A stretch of 64,000 nt of DNA from Alphaproteobacteria bacterium. Lineage in GTDB: Bacteria; Pseudomonadota; Alphaproteobacteria; GCA-2731375. Below the pieces are notes generated by a model, which did not search any database, was not told the origin of the DNA, and was given only the letters and a program-made list of their open reading frames with translations. A program made the translations under genes and the position numbers. Positions 51,312-61,258 of this stretch are shown piece after piece; positions within the stretch are counted from its first letter, which is position 1; the number at the start of each line of letters is the position of its first letter. Where the stretch lies: positions 1,504,001 through 1,568,000 of the forward strand of contig CBDDPY010000002.1 of assembly GCA_965232515.1 (NCBI GenBank), given 5' to 3'.

Positions 51312-51728
51312 ATGAGAAATTACACTATCAAAAGTAGTTCTTGGTTGCCGAATGGCTTTATTTCGTGTATAAATACCATATATAGCGATCAAAAGATGTA
51401 CCTATGGCTCATGCATCAAGAATTTTGTTGCCAGTGTCGGAAAAGAGCATTCGCAGTCTTCCTCTTGATCCTGTGCATTGGCGCAGTTGGCTCCACCATT
51501 GGTCAAGTGGGTAATGCGATGGCTCAATCGGGCCGTGATCCTCAAATTGAATCCCTGCCTGAAAGAGCTGAGCCCTTTGTTCCACTAAAAAATCCATTCC
51601 TCAAGAAAGACGGCACCGATTGGCAAGACAAGGATAGAAAGAATAGCCGTTTTTCTGACGATTCTCTTTGTGAAAATTCAACTTCTCAAAAGGAAAGGTT
51701 GAAAAAATGCGGAAAATCGGAAAAATAG
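51312..51728 (+). CDS. Hypothetical low-GC protein, start uncertain
   Basis: Hydrophobic segment AFAVFLLILCIGAVG; overlaps the next gene. Confidence 0.45.
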   Translation: MRNYTIKSSSWLPNGFISCINTIYSDQKMYLWLMHQEFCCQCRKRAFAVFLLILCIGAVGSTIGQVGNAMAQSGRDPQIESLPERAEPFVPLKNPFLKKDGTDWQDKDRKNSRFSDDSLCENSTSQKERLKKCGKSEK

Positions 51729-52642
51729 CATTATCAATACTCCTATTTGCAGTCCAAATAACAATTTTATATTCGCTGAATCATAATGTTTTTGCGCAGG
51801 ATATCACTGATTTAAACGAGATATCCGAACCGTTTTCTCCAGTTCTTGTGCCCCCCACATTGGTTGATAGAGAAGAGGTGAAGGAATTAGCTCTATTCGA
51901 CATTCAACCAGAAAAAAAACTTGCGATCAACCTAACATCAGGTTTATCGACTGAATATACATCTAATGCTCAATCACGAAGTGATGGAGATTCAGACGCG
52001 ATCATAAGCCCTAATATAGGACTGAGGGGTATATATAATCTCGACACAGGAAAACTAGTTGCTGGCATTGGAGCCTCTACTGCAGATTATTTGGATGAAT
52101 CTGATTTAGATCTGGGGATTCTCCAAGCAATTTTTGGCTATTCAACAACGACTAACCAGTTCGAAATTGGTAGCCTCGTAGAAGTTAGAATTCTTTACTC
52201 TGGAACATTTGATGATCGTGCAATCACGTTTTACAGTATCAGCGGAAGCGCGACACGCGGTTTATACAGCAAGGAAAACGACGAAGATGGCTTTCAAAGC
52301 TTGTCTTTTTCCGGAAAATTAGATGTAAAATATTCCTTTTCAGATCCAGATGATTTCGAAAATATAAATATAAAACTGAGCACACCGCTTAAGGTTCAAT
52401 ATAGAAATGGGTTGGTATTTAAATTATCTCCATCAATCTATTACATAAATTACGATGATTTTTTCGATCAATCTCGAAATGATTATGGGCTTACGGCGAA
52501 TGCGAGCGCCGAGTGGTCGATAGCGGACAATGCAACACTTGCACTTGGCTTGGGCGCGAAGCTGCAAAGCTCCGATGACGATGACAGAGACTACGTAGCC
52601 GCAACAGTGCCAGCATCTCTAAAGTTTAGTTTGATTTGGTGA
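51707..52642 (+). CDS. Putative outer-membrane beta-barrel protein
   Basis: Signal peptide (VFA-Q), alternating amphipathic strands, C-terminal aromatic LKFSLIW; low GC. Confidence 0.7.
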   Translation: MRKIGKIALSILLFAVQITILYSLNHNVFAQDITDLNEISEPFSPVLVPPTLVDREEVKELALFDIQPEKKLAINLTSGLSTEYTSNAQSRSDGDSDAIISPNIGLRGIYNLDTGKLVAGIGASTADYLDESDLDLGILQAIFGYSTTTNQFEIGSLVEVRILYSGTFDDRAITFYSISGSATRGLYSKENDEDGFQSLSFSGKLDVKYSFSDPDDFENINIKLSTPLKVQYRNGLVFKLSPSIYYINYDDFFDQSRNDYGLTANASAEWSIADNATLALGLGAKLQSSDDDDRDYVAATVPASLKFSLIW

Positions 52643-52768
52643 TCCAAGGTTGAGGCGTTGCAGCAATCTCAATAATTCTGGAGAGTCAGCTGCGGGTTGA
52701 GGTGTTTCGAAGCCCACTTGGTTGCGGTGACAGTCCACCGTTTAGCTAGGGATGTTGAACGCCGCCCC

Positions 52769-53605
52769 TCAATCCAAATCGCTGGCGGCATGGCGTTCGG
52801 GGATGCCGTCTTCGGGGTTGGATTTGTTGACGCGGCGGCCGCGTTTCACGGCGGGGCGGGCCTCGATTTCCTTGGCCCAGCGGGTGACGTGTTTGTAGGT
52901 GGTGACGTCGAGGAATTCGGCGGCCTGATAGGAGTTGTTGAGCACCAGATTTCCGTACCAGGGATAGGTGGCGATGTCGGCGATGTTGTAGTCGTCGCCG
53001 CTGAGGTAGGGGCGCTCGGCGAGGTTCTTGTCCAGGACGTCGAGCTGGCGTTTGACTTCCATTGCGTAGCGGTCGATGGGGTATTCGAACTTCTCGGGCG
53101 CGTAGGCGTAGAAGTGGCCGAAGCCGCCGCCGAGATAGGGCGCGCTGCCCATCTGCCAGAACAGCCAGGACAGGCACTCGGCCCGGGCCGACGGCTCGGT
53201 GGGCACGAAGGCGCCGAACTTCTCGGCGAGATACATCAGGATCGCGCCCGACTCGAACACGCGGGTCGGGGGCGAGGTGCTGACGTCGAGCAGCGCCGGG
53301 ATCTTCGAGTTCGGGTTGATCTCGACGAAGCCGCTGCCGAACTGGTCGCCGTCACCGATCTTGATGATGAAGGCGTCGTATTCGGCGCCTGAATGGCCGA
53401 GCGCCAGCAGCTCCTCCAGCATGATGGTGACCTTGACGCCATTGGGCGTGCCCAGCGAATAGAGCTGCAGCGGATGCTCGCCGCGCGGCAGCTCTTTGTC
53501 GTGCGTGGCGCCGGCGATCGGCCGGTTGATGCTGTTCCAGGTGCCGCCGCTTTCCATTTCCCATTTCCAGACTTTCGGCGGCGTGTAGGTGGTCGTGTCG
53601 GCCAT
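52769..53605 (-). CDS. yghU: Glutathione-dependent disulfide-bond oxidoreductase (GST, YghU)
   Basis: YTPPKVWKW, INRPIAGATH, QLYSLGTPNG, WQMGSAPYLGGGFGHFYAYAP. Confidence 0.9.
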   Translation of the reverse strand: MADTTTYTPPKVWKWEMESGGTWNSINRPIAGATHDKELPRGEHPLQLYSLGTPNGVKVTIMLEELLALGHSGAEYDAFIIKIGDGDQFGSGFVEINPNSKIPALLDVSTSPPTRVFESGAILMYLAEKFGAFVPTEPSARAECLSWLFWQMGSAPYLGGGFGHFYAYAPEKFEYPIDRYAMEVKRQLDVLDKNLAERPYLSGDDYNIADIATYPWYGNLVLNNSYQAAEFLDVTTYKHVTRWAKEIEARPAVKRGRRVNKSNPEDGIPERHAASDLD

Positions 53606-53774
53606 GCCTGTTGCTTCCCCACATTGAATCGATGACGGTGACGGATAGGCGCGCCCGGACGACCGGGCCGGTCGGGCGGTCCCCAAGCCAACAACGGCTG
53701 GCGCCAGGCGCGCGGCCAGCTTACCCTGCTCCCGGGATGGCGTCATTCACGTTCGAGCGATTGCAAGCGCATCG

Positions 53775-53981
53775 ATGACCGCACGACTTATGATCCTCAT
53801 GGCGCTGACCGCCGCGCTGCTGCTGACCGGCTGCCTCGGCAATCCGGAGAAGGTGGCGCGCTGGAAGAAGATCTGCACCGACCAGGGCTTCGTGGAAGGC
53901 ACGCCAGAATTCGACAAATGCTGGGAGGCGAACCGGCCGCGGCAGATCGGCGGCGCCGTCGACCGCGGCGGCGGGCCGTAG
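53775..53981 (+). CDS. Small lipoprotein
   Basis: Lipobox LLTGC; C..QGFVEGTPEFDKC motif. Confidence 0.75.
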   Translation: MTARLMILMALTAALLLTGCLGNPEKVARWKKICTDQGFVEGTPEFDKCWEANRPRQIGGAVDRGGGP

Positions 53982-54002
53982 TCATGCGTCAGGGGGAGGC
54001 CG

Positions 54003-54908
54003 GTGGGGCGTGATCCGCGGCCGTTGCCGCCGCTGAACGCCGTGCGCGCGTTCGAGGCGGCGGCGCGGCATTTGAGCTTTTCGCGCGCGGCGGACGAGCT
54101 CGGCGTGACGCCGGGCGCGGTCAGCAAGCAGGTGCTGGCGCTGGAGGACTTCATCGGCGCGCGGCTGTTCGAACGGCTGCCCGACGGGCTGGCGCCGACG
54201 CTGGAGGGGCGCGAGCTGGCGGAGTCGCTGACGCCGGCCTTCGAGCTGATGGCCGGCGCCTTCCAGCGCTTTTCCCGGCGGCCGCCGCGGTCGAACGTGT
54301 TCCGGCTGTCGACCGTGGCGTCGCTCGCCTCGCAGTTCGTCGTGCCGCGGCTCGACGCGTTCGAGGCCGAGCTGCCCGAGATCGAGTTGGAGATCCTGAC
54401 CTCGGACCGGCTGGCCGACCTCGCCCGCGAGGAGATCGATCTCAGCATCCGGTTCGGCGGCGGCGCATGGGACGGTCTGGTGTCGCGCGAACTGGTTCCG
54501 GGACGACTGGCGCCGGTCTGCGCGCCGGACCTGATCGCCCGCCATAAGGATGCGGATGTGGCATCGGTTCTGGCGGCGACGCGGCTGATCCAGGTGTTTC
54601 CCAAGAACGAATGGCTGGCCTGGGCTGACGCCACCGGCGAGGCGTTGCCGGACGCGGCGTCGCCGTTCATGGTGATGGAGCATTTTCTCGTCGCCCTGCA
54701 GGCGGTGATGGCCGGACAGGGCGTCGCACTGCTGCCGGAGATCATCGTGCGCGACCAGGTCGCCAAGGGCGGGCTGGCGCGGTTCGCCGCGCCGATCGAC
54801 TGGGCCCAGACGTTCTATCTGACGCACCTTCCCAACGCCGATCGCCGGCCCATACTGCGGGAGGTGATGGACTGGCTGACAGCCGAGGCGCAGGCCGATG
54901 GCGATTGA
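54003..54908 (+). CDS. LysR regulator (GcvA-like)
   Basis: LPPLNAVRAFEAAARHLSFSRAADELGVT. Confidence 0.9.
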   Translation: MGRDPRPLPPLNAVRAFEAAARHLSFSRAADELGVTPGAVSKQVLALEDFIGARLFERLPDGLAPTLEGRELAESLTPAFELMAGAFQRFSRRPPRSNVFRLSTVASLASQFVVPRLDAFEAELPEIELEILTSDRLADLAREEIDLSIRFGGGAWDGLVSRELVPGRLAPVCAPDLIARHKDADVASVLAATRLIQVFPKNEWLAWADATGEALPDAASPFMVMEHFLVALQAVMAGQGVALLPEIIVRDQVAKGGLARFAAPIDWAQTFYLTHLPNADRRPILREVMDWLTAEAQADGD

Positions 54909-55025
54909 GCCTATTGCAGCCGCGCAATGGCGGTTTTCTCAACGGGCCTTCGCGGAATCCTCGCTGCCATCGGCATGGCCGGCGTGCCACGTTCCAGGCA
55001 ACGCAAACGAGCCCAAGAGTCCATC

Positions 55026-55421
55026 ATGCCAGTCTCAATCCGACACGATCCCTTCCCCGTCAATACGCCCTTTCACGGCATCTATGCGCATGGCGTCGAG
55101 ACGCCGGCCGGCGCCCGCGTGCTGCATGTCTCGGGCCAAGTCGGCCGGTCGCCCGGGGGCGAGCTTGCCGCCGACTTCCACGGTCAGTGCCGGCAGGCAC
55201 TGCTGAACCTCGAGAGCGTCTTGCGCGAAGCCGACATGACCTTCGCCGACATCGTCAAGATGTCGTTCTTCCTGACACGACGCGAGGACATGGACGCGCT
55301 GGTCGAGGTGCGCAAGGCGATGCTGGACGGCGTCCGGCCGGCCATCACCACGGTGTTCGTCGCAGGCCTGGTATCGCCCGACTGGCTGGTCGAGGTCGAG
55401 GCGGTGGCCTGCGCGGCCTGA
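55026..55421 (+). CDS. RidA/YjgF family protein
   Basis: YAHGV, VSGQVG, RPAITTVFVAGL, LVEVEAVA. Confidence 0.88.
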   Translation: MPVSIRHDPFPVNTPFHGIYAHGVETPAGARVLHVSGQVGRSPGGELAADFHGQCRQALLNLESVLREADMTFADIVKMSFFLTRREDMDALVEVRKAMLDGVRPAITTVFVAGLVSPDWLVEVEAVACAA

Positions 55422-55458
55422 CGGCCGGGCGCGATACACATCACGAATTGGCGCCGGA

Positions 55459-56958
55459 TCAGACCAGTCCGGCGCAGGCGCGCGCCAAGGCTCTCGTCGC
55501 GCGGCGGATCTCGCGGGGGCTGAACGGCGCGTAGCCCAGGATGACGCTCGGGCGGTCGGCCGCGCGACGGCCGAACGACGAGATTGGCGTCAGCTCGATG
55601 CCGGCAGACGCGGCGACGCGCAGGAGCGCGGCTTCGGACACACCCTCCTCCAGCCGACCGATCAGATGCAGGCCGGCGTCGGCGGGCGGGACTTCGAGGA
55701 TGCCGGCGAGGTCCTGCATGGCCGCGTCGACCAGGGTGGCCTGACGCTCGGCGTAGAGCGTGCGCATGCGGCGGACGTGACGGACGAAATGGCCCTCGTC
55801 GATGAAGTCGGCGAGCACCGCCTGCTCCAACGGCGGCGAATGGCGGTCGACGAGCCAGCGCGCGGCGGCGAAGTGATCGACCGCGTCCGGCGGGACGACG
55901 ACATAGCCGAGCCGGAGCGAAGGAAACAGCAGCTTGCTGAAGCTGCCGGCGTAGAGCACCCGGCCCGGCGGCGCGAGGCCGTGCAGCGCCGGCAACGGCC
56001 GGCCGGCATAGCGGTATTCGCCGTTGTAATCGTCTTCCAGGATCACGGCGCCAGTGCGCCCGGCCCAGTCGATCAGCGCCAGCCGGCGGCGCAGCGACAT
56101 GGTCATGCCGAGCGGAAAGTGGCTGCTGGGCGTGACGTAGACCAGCTTGGCGGTCGGCACCGTCTTTTCCATCGCGCCGACGTCGAGCCCCTCGCCGTCG
56201 ACCGGGATGGGAACGACGTTGGCGCCGGCGAGCTCGAACAGCAGACCGGCGGGCGTGTAGCCGGGATCTTCCAGGCACACGGTGTCGCCCGGCTCGATCA
56301 GCAGCTTGGCAACGAGCTCGATGCCCTGCTGCGCGCCCGCGGTGACGATGACCTGGTCGGCCTCGCAGGCGACGCCGCGGGCGCTGCCGAGATAGCCGGC
56401 GATGGCCTCGCGCAGGGGCCGGTAGCCGCGCGGATCGCCCCGTTCCAGAAGGCCGCGCGACATGGACCGCAGCCGGCGCGCCGTGAGCTGCGTCCACAGC
56501 GCCCGTGGGAAGGCATCGCTCGACGGCGTATGCGGGCGAAACGGCCGCGCCGGCCGTTCGACCTCGGTCGCGATCCAGGGCTTGAAGGACTGAATTCTTC
56601 GGGCCGCGTCGGTCAGCGGCAGGGTCGCCGGCTTCGGCCGCCGTTGCGCGCCACCGCGCGGCACCTGCAGCAGATCCTCGGGCAGGTCGCGCGCGACACG
56701 CGTGCCCGAACCGACGGCTGTGACGAGATAGCCTTCCAAAATCAGTTGTTTATAGGCGTTGATCGCCGTGTTTCGCGCAACGCCCAGATCGGCCGCCAGA
56801 CGCCGGGTCGACGGAAGCCGTTCGCCCGGCCGCAGGCGGGCCTCCAGGATCGCGGTGCGGATCTGGTCTTCGAGCCGGCGATAGAGCGGATCGACGGCGG
56901 CGCCGTCGAGCAGCAGCGCCTCCAGCGGAAAGCGCTGGCGTGGCAACGGACGCGGCAT
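55459..56958 (-). CDS. MocR/GabR-family GntR regulator with PLP domain
   Basis: LPSTRRLAADLGVARNT, GAQQG, EDDY, GSFSKLLFPSLRLGY. Confidence 0.92.
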   Translation of the reverse strand: MPRPLPRQRFPLEALLLDGAAVDPLYRRLEDQIRTAILEARLRPGERLPSTRRLAADLGVARNTAINAYKQLILEGYLVTAVGSGTRVARDLPEDLLQVPRGGAQRRPKPATLPLTDAARRIQSFKPWIATEVERPARPFRPHTPSSDAFPRALWTQLTARRLRSMSRGLLERGDPRGYRPLREAIAGYLGSARGVACEADQVIVTAGAQQGIELVAKLLIEPGDTVCLEDPGYTPAGLLFELAGANVVPIPVDGEGLDVGAMEKTVPTAKLVYVTPSSHFPLGMTMSLRRRLALIDWAGRTGAVILEDDYNGEYRYAGRPLPALHGLAPPGRVLYAGSFSKLLFPSLRLGYVVVPPDAVDHFAAARWLVDRHSPPLEQAVLADFIDEGHFVRHVRRMRTLYAERQATLVDAAMQDLAGILEVPPADAGLHLIGRLEEGVSEAALLRVAASAGIELTPISSFGRRAADRPSVILGYAPFSPREIRRATRALARACAGLV

Positions 56959-57094
56959 CAAGTGGATCCACTAGTTTGGCGAAAAGTGGGCCTTTCGATA
57001 GACCCATAATATCCAATCTCCGCGTTGTCGCAAGGACCCGCAGTCGACGCCACCGGTCGAGCGGGGCCGCCCTACCACAAGGAAGGAGCAAGGA

Positions 57095-57604
57095 ATGAGC
57101 ATCGATGTCTTGCCGACGGCGAAGCCCGCGCCGGCCCGGCTGAGCTATCACACGCTGGCGCCCACGCCGATGGAACTGATGCTGGGTCTGGAGGCCTATT
57201 TCGAGACCTGCGGCCTGGAGACGACGCTCGTCGAGCTGGTCAAGATGCGGGCCTCGCAGATCAACGGCTGCGCCTATTGCATCGACATGCACAGCAAGGA
57301 CGCCCGCGCGCTGGGCGAGCGCGAGCAGCGGCTCTATGCGCTGAACGCCTGGCGCGAGACGCCGTTCTTCACGCCCCGCGAACGCGCCGCGCTCGCCTGG
57401 ACCGAGGCGGTCACGCAGATCGCCGTCGATCACGCGCCCGACGCGGTCTACGCGGAAGCGCGCCGGTACTTCGACGAGAAAGAACTCGTCGATCTGACCT
57501 GGGTCATCACCACGATCAACGCCTGGAACCGCATGGCCGTCGCCACCCGCGCGCCGGTCGGCGGCTACCGGTCGGCGAAGCGGCAACCGGCCGCCACGGC
57601 ATGA
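57095..57604 (+). CDS. CMD/AhpD family protein
   Basis: RASQINGCAYCIDMH, INAWNR. Confidence 0.92.
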   Translation: MSIDVLPTAKPAPARLSYHTLAPTPMELMLGLEAYFETCGLETTLVELVKMRASQINGCAYCIDMHSKDARALGEREQRLYALNAWRETPFFTPRERAALAWTEAVTQIAVDHAPDAVYAEARRYFDEKELVDLTWVITTINAWNRMAVATRAPVGGYRSAKRQPAATA

Positions 57605-57613
57605 GGCAGCGGC

Positions 57614-58687
57614 ATGTCGCACACGTTTATCGCATCTCGCCGCGTACCGGTCGTGGCCGCCCTTGGCGACGAACGGCCGCTGGTCGCGCTGCTCGTCGCC
57701 GCCAACGTCGCCTATCCGTTCGCGCTGGCCGCGTTCTTCAAGGCGCTGGCGCCCGCGGCCGACGGTTCCATCGTCGGATGGGCCGGCGCCGCGCTGGCGC
57801 TCGCCTTGGCGTTCGCAACGCCCGCGATCGGCTTCGCCGCGATCCTGCGCCTCGGACAGTCCGCCGCCATCAGCGCCGGCGCGCTCCGGGCCAGACGGCT
57901 GGCGCATGTGAGCGTCGCCGTCCCACCGCTCTTCACCGCCACGGGCGTCCTGCTGATCACGTTTGATGTAACCGACTGGGACGTTTTCGTCTGGTGCGGG
58001 TTCTGGCTGGTCGCGTTCATGGCCCTCCTGGTATTGCCGGCATCGGCGGCATCGGCGGCACCGCCTCGACGCGCCGTCGTCGGCACGCCGCCGGCGTGGC
58101 TCAGATGGAGCCACGGGCTCGCCGCCGCGGTCGTGCTGTTCGGATTCGTCGGATTGCACCTCGGTAACCACCTCGTCGCCCTCGCCGGGGCGGACGCCCA
58201 TTCAAACGTCCAGGATGTCCTGCGCCTGTGGTATCGCGCGGCGGTCGTCGAGCCGGCGCTGATCGTCCTGGTGATCTGGCTGCTTGGCACGGGCATCGCG
58301 CTGGCGCGCCACCGCACCGTCACGTTCGCCGATGCCTGGGGGTCGCTGCAGACGGCGAGCGGCGCCTATGTCGGAGCGTTTCTATTCAGCCACGTGATCG
58401 CGGCGCTGGTGATGGCGCGCGCCAAGTTCGGCATCGACACCACGTGGGACTGGGCCGCGGGCGCGCCCGCGGGCCTGCTCGGCGACGCCTGGAGCGTCCG
58501 GCTGATCCCCCACTATCTGCTGGCTGTGGCCGCCGTCGCGGCACACGCCGCCTGCGGGCTGCGCGTGGTGCTGCTGGCCCACGGCGTTCGCCGCGCCGCC
58601 GTCGATGCGCTTGCCCGCGCGGTGGTCGGCGGCGGGGCGCTGCTGGCGCTCGTGCTCGTCGCGGCTCTGCTCGGGCTTCGGGTGTAG
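57614..58687 (+). CDS. Multi-pass membrane protein with intramembrane His residues
   Basis: About 9 TM helices; HGL, HLGNH, SHV and PHY suggest possible heme binding. Confidence 0.7.
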   Translation: MSHTFIASRRVPVVAALGDERPLVALLVAANVAYPFALAAFFKALAPAADGSIVGWAGAALALALAFATPAIGFAAILRLGQSAAISAGALRARRLAHVSVAVPPLFTATGVLLITFDVTDWDVFVWCGFWLVAFMALLVLPASAASAAPPRRAVVGTPPAWLRWSHGLAAAVVLFGFVGLHLGNHLVALAGADAHSNVQDVLRLWYRAAVVEPALIVLVIWLLGTGIALARHRTVTFADAWGSLQTASGAYVGAFLFSHVIAALVMARAKFGIDTTWDWAAGAPAGLLGDAWSVRLIPHYLLAVAAVAAHAACGLRVVLLAHGVRRAAVDALARAVVGGGALLALVLVAALLGLRV

Positions 58688-58744
58688 CGGCGGCAAACCT
58701 CCACACCGTCGATGAAATATTCAATGCCAATAAGGAACGACACC

Positions 58745-59725
58745 ATGAACCGGAAACTTGCTTCACTTCTCGCCGCCGCGGTGATCGCCGCGGTTTGGGC
58801 CGTCGCCGGCACGGCGCGCGCCGATCTCGCCTTTATCGACCTCACCCACCCGATCCCCACGTTCGCGCCGTCGGCCGACGATCCGACCAAGCCCGATCTC
58901 TCGAAGCCGATTGGGAACAGCCGGCCGGTCGCGGGGTTCTACCATCAGGCCATTCTCTATCCGCCAGACCTGTGGCCGACCAGCGACGGGCACTTCCGCT
59001 CGGCGGCGCTGCTGATCCAGGAGCACAACGGCACCAGCTTCAACGCACCGAACCACTATGTGAACAACGCGCGCAGCCTGGAGCCGGGCGCGGTGCCGGA
59101 AGACCGGCGCAAAGCGAGCGAGGCGCTGACGGTCGCACAGCTGACCGGCCGGATCGTGCTGATCGATATCGCCGACCGCGTGCGGCGCGAGCTCGCCAGG
59201 AACGGCGGCGTGCCGAGCCCCGACATCGCGGTCACCGATTTCTCGGACACCTCGCAGGCGACGGTCCGCGCCGCCGATATCGACGCGGTCGCCGACCAGA
59301 TCGAGGACGGCGTCTGGCTGGTGGCGCGCCTGGGCTGGTCGCAGTTCTATGCAGCGGGCGGCGCGGACTGGGATACCTCGACCTATGTCAACGCGCTAAA
59401 CCATCCGGGCTTCACGCGCGAGGCCATCGACCGGCTGATCGAGGTGATGGACCGGAAGGGCGTGCGGATCTCCGGCATCGCGGCCGACAGCCTGAGCACG
59501 GACTCGGGCCAGGGCGCGAAGGGCACCGACGACAACTGGCGCGATGCCTGGCCGGCGCATGTGCGGCTCTATCAGCGCGATGTTCTGATCGTCGAAAACC
59601 TGGCCAACCTGGACGCGCTGGCGGCAGCGCATCGCGGCGGCAAATGCGCGCTCATCGTCGGCGCCGTCAAGCATGTCGGCGGCACCGGCGGTCCCGCCCG
59701 TGTTCTCGCCGCCTGCAACGGCTGA
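58745..59725 (+). CDS. Secreted cyclase (kynurenine formamidase-like) family protein with altered metal motif
   Basis: Signal peptide; FIDLTHPI, EHNGTSFNAPNH, HPGF, PAH..IVENLANL, GGTGGPARVLA. Confidence 0.8.
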   Translation: MNRKLASLLAAAVIAAVWAVAGTARADLAFIDLTHPIPTFAPSADDPTKPDLSKPIGNSRPVAGFYHQAILYPPDLWPTSDGHFRSAALLIQEHNGTSFNAPNHYVNNARSLEPGAVPEDRRKASEALTVAQLTGRIVLIDIADRVRRELARNGGVPSPDIAVTDFSDTSQATVRAADIDAVADQIEDGVWLVARLGWSQFYAAGGADWDTSTYVNALNHPGFTREAIDRLIEVMDRKGVRISGIAADSLSTDSGQGAKGTDDNWRDAWPAHVRLYQRDVLIVENLANLDALAAAHRGGKCALIVGAVKHVGGTGGPARVLAACNG

Positions 59726-59748
59726 CACTGACGGTGACCTGGGCGCCG

Positions 59749-61122
59749 CTATGCCGTCCAGACATCGATGCCCTGCTCCCGTCCGCGCAGCGTGACCGGA
59801 CCGTGTTCGGTGAGGCCGGCGGCCAGCGCCGCCCCCTCGTCGACCGGTTGCGTCGTGCGGATGGCATCGATGGTGTCGGCCGATACGGCAAGGCGGCAGT
59901 CGAGCTGGCGGGTGACGCCTTCGAGGCGGCTTGCCAGGTTGACCGTGTCGCCGAGGACGGCGAGTTCCAGACGGCGGGCCGAGCCGATGTCGCCCATCAC
60001 CGTCGGGCCGGTATGGATGCCGAGCGAGACGCGGATCGCATCGAGACCGGCATTGCGCCGTTCGGCGTTCCAGGCGTCGAAGTCGTCAAGGATGTGCCGG
60101 GCGCAGCGGAGCGCGTTGGCGGCGTCGCCGGGGCACGGCTCGGGCGTGCCGAAGGTCGCCATGACACCGTCGCCCATGAACTTGTCGAGCGTGCCGTGGT
60201 GGACGAAGACGGCATCCTCAATCCGGGCATGCACCTGGCGCAGGAAATCGATCACGTCGGACGGCCGTTGGGTCTCGGCCCATTTGGTGAAGCCGACGAC
60301 GTCGGCGAACAGCACGGTGACGGTCAGCTCGCGCGCGTCGCCGAGCGGCGTGTCGCGATGCGATAGCGCATCGATCATGGACGGCGGAAAGTAGCGGGCG
60401 AGATTGTTGCGCTCCCGCGCGAGATGCACCTGGCGCATCACCAGCCGGCGCGAACGCTGCACCACGATTGCCAGCAGCGCGGCCGTCAGCAGGAAGATCA
60501 CGGCCTCCTCGACCCTGCCTTCCAGCCATTCGCCGGGGTCGAGGCCGTCTGGCGCCGGACCGACCGCGATGTCCGCGACCGCCGCACGCAAGGTTGGAAA
60601 GTAGGCCGCATTCGCGAACTGCGCGTTCAGCCAGGCGGCGCCGATCGACCAGCTCACGGCGCCGGCGATGCCGCCCCACAGCACCAGCCGGGGCTGGTAG
60701 TTCAGCGCCAGGACGATCAGCAGCACATAGAAGAAGGCGAAGTTGCGGCTCTGGAAATATTGTTCCGGCAGGCTGGCCACGTCGCCGATCGGGTTCGGAT
60801 AGACCAGGAAGAACGTCAGCATGACGAAATCGCAGGCCGTCAGAACATAGGGGATGGACGACCCCAGCATCCGGTTGGCGTGCAGATAGACGAGCCCGAA
60901 CGTCGCCAAGGCGAACATCGCCAGCAGCAGGTAATAGAACAGGAAATCCGGATACGGCGCGAAGACCGGCATCAGGACGGCAAGAGCCGCCAGCGCGAGC
61001 AGCCGCCCGCGCACGGTCAGCCGCAGGCCTTCCAGGCTTTCATCGGCGAAGGCGCGCATAACGCCCGCCGGATCCTCGGCCGCCGCCCCCTGCCCCGCGT
61101 GCCGGTCTGTCCAGAACTTCAC
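59749..61122 (-). CDS. Membrane-bound class III adenylate/guanylate cyclase
   Basis: LFADVVGFT, DKFMGDGVMA, GIHTG, LGDTVNLASRLE; N-terminal TM helices. Confidence 0.92.
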   Translation of the reverse strand: MKFWTDRHAGQGAAAEDPAGVMRAFADESLEGLRLTVRGRLLALAALAVLMPVFAPYPDFLFYYLLLAMFALATFGLVYLHANRMLGSSIPYVLTACDFVMLTFFLVYPNPIGDVASLPEQYFQSRNFAFFYVLLIVLALNYQPRLVLWGGIAGAVSWSIGAAWLNAQFANAAYFPTLRAAVADIAVGPAPDGLDPGEWLEGRVEEAVIFLLTAALLAIVVQRSRRLVMRQVHLARERNNLARYFPPSMIDALSHRDTPLGDARELTVTVLFADVVGFTKWAETQRPSDVIDFLRQVHARIEDAVFVHHGTLDKFMGDGVMATFGTPEPCPGDAANALRCARHILDDFDAWNAERRNAGLDAIRVSLGIHTGPTVMGDIGSARRLELAVLGDTVNLASRLEGVTRQLDCRLAVSADTIDAIRTTQPVDEGAALAAGLTEHGPVTLRGREQGIDVWTA

Positions 61123-61258
61123 ATTGCCGCCCGTTCGCCGCCCCGCCGTCGCGTGTCCACAGATGCTTACGTAGGCGTCGCGCCGTCAGATCAAAGAGAC
61201 CCGGCGGGAAACGTCGAAGGCTGACCCGATGCGGGCTGGTCCGGGCGGCGCTTGCCGG

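Noticed and set aside
58228-60366. Long alternative-frame or antisense ORFs (also 12468-14084, 14038-15666, 42621-44126, 56750-58201)
   Set aside because: Shadow ORFs typical of high-GC DNA that overlap well-supported genes; Arg/Gly/Ala-rich with no motifs.
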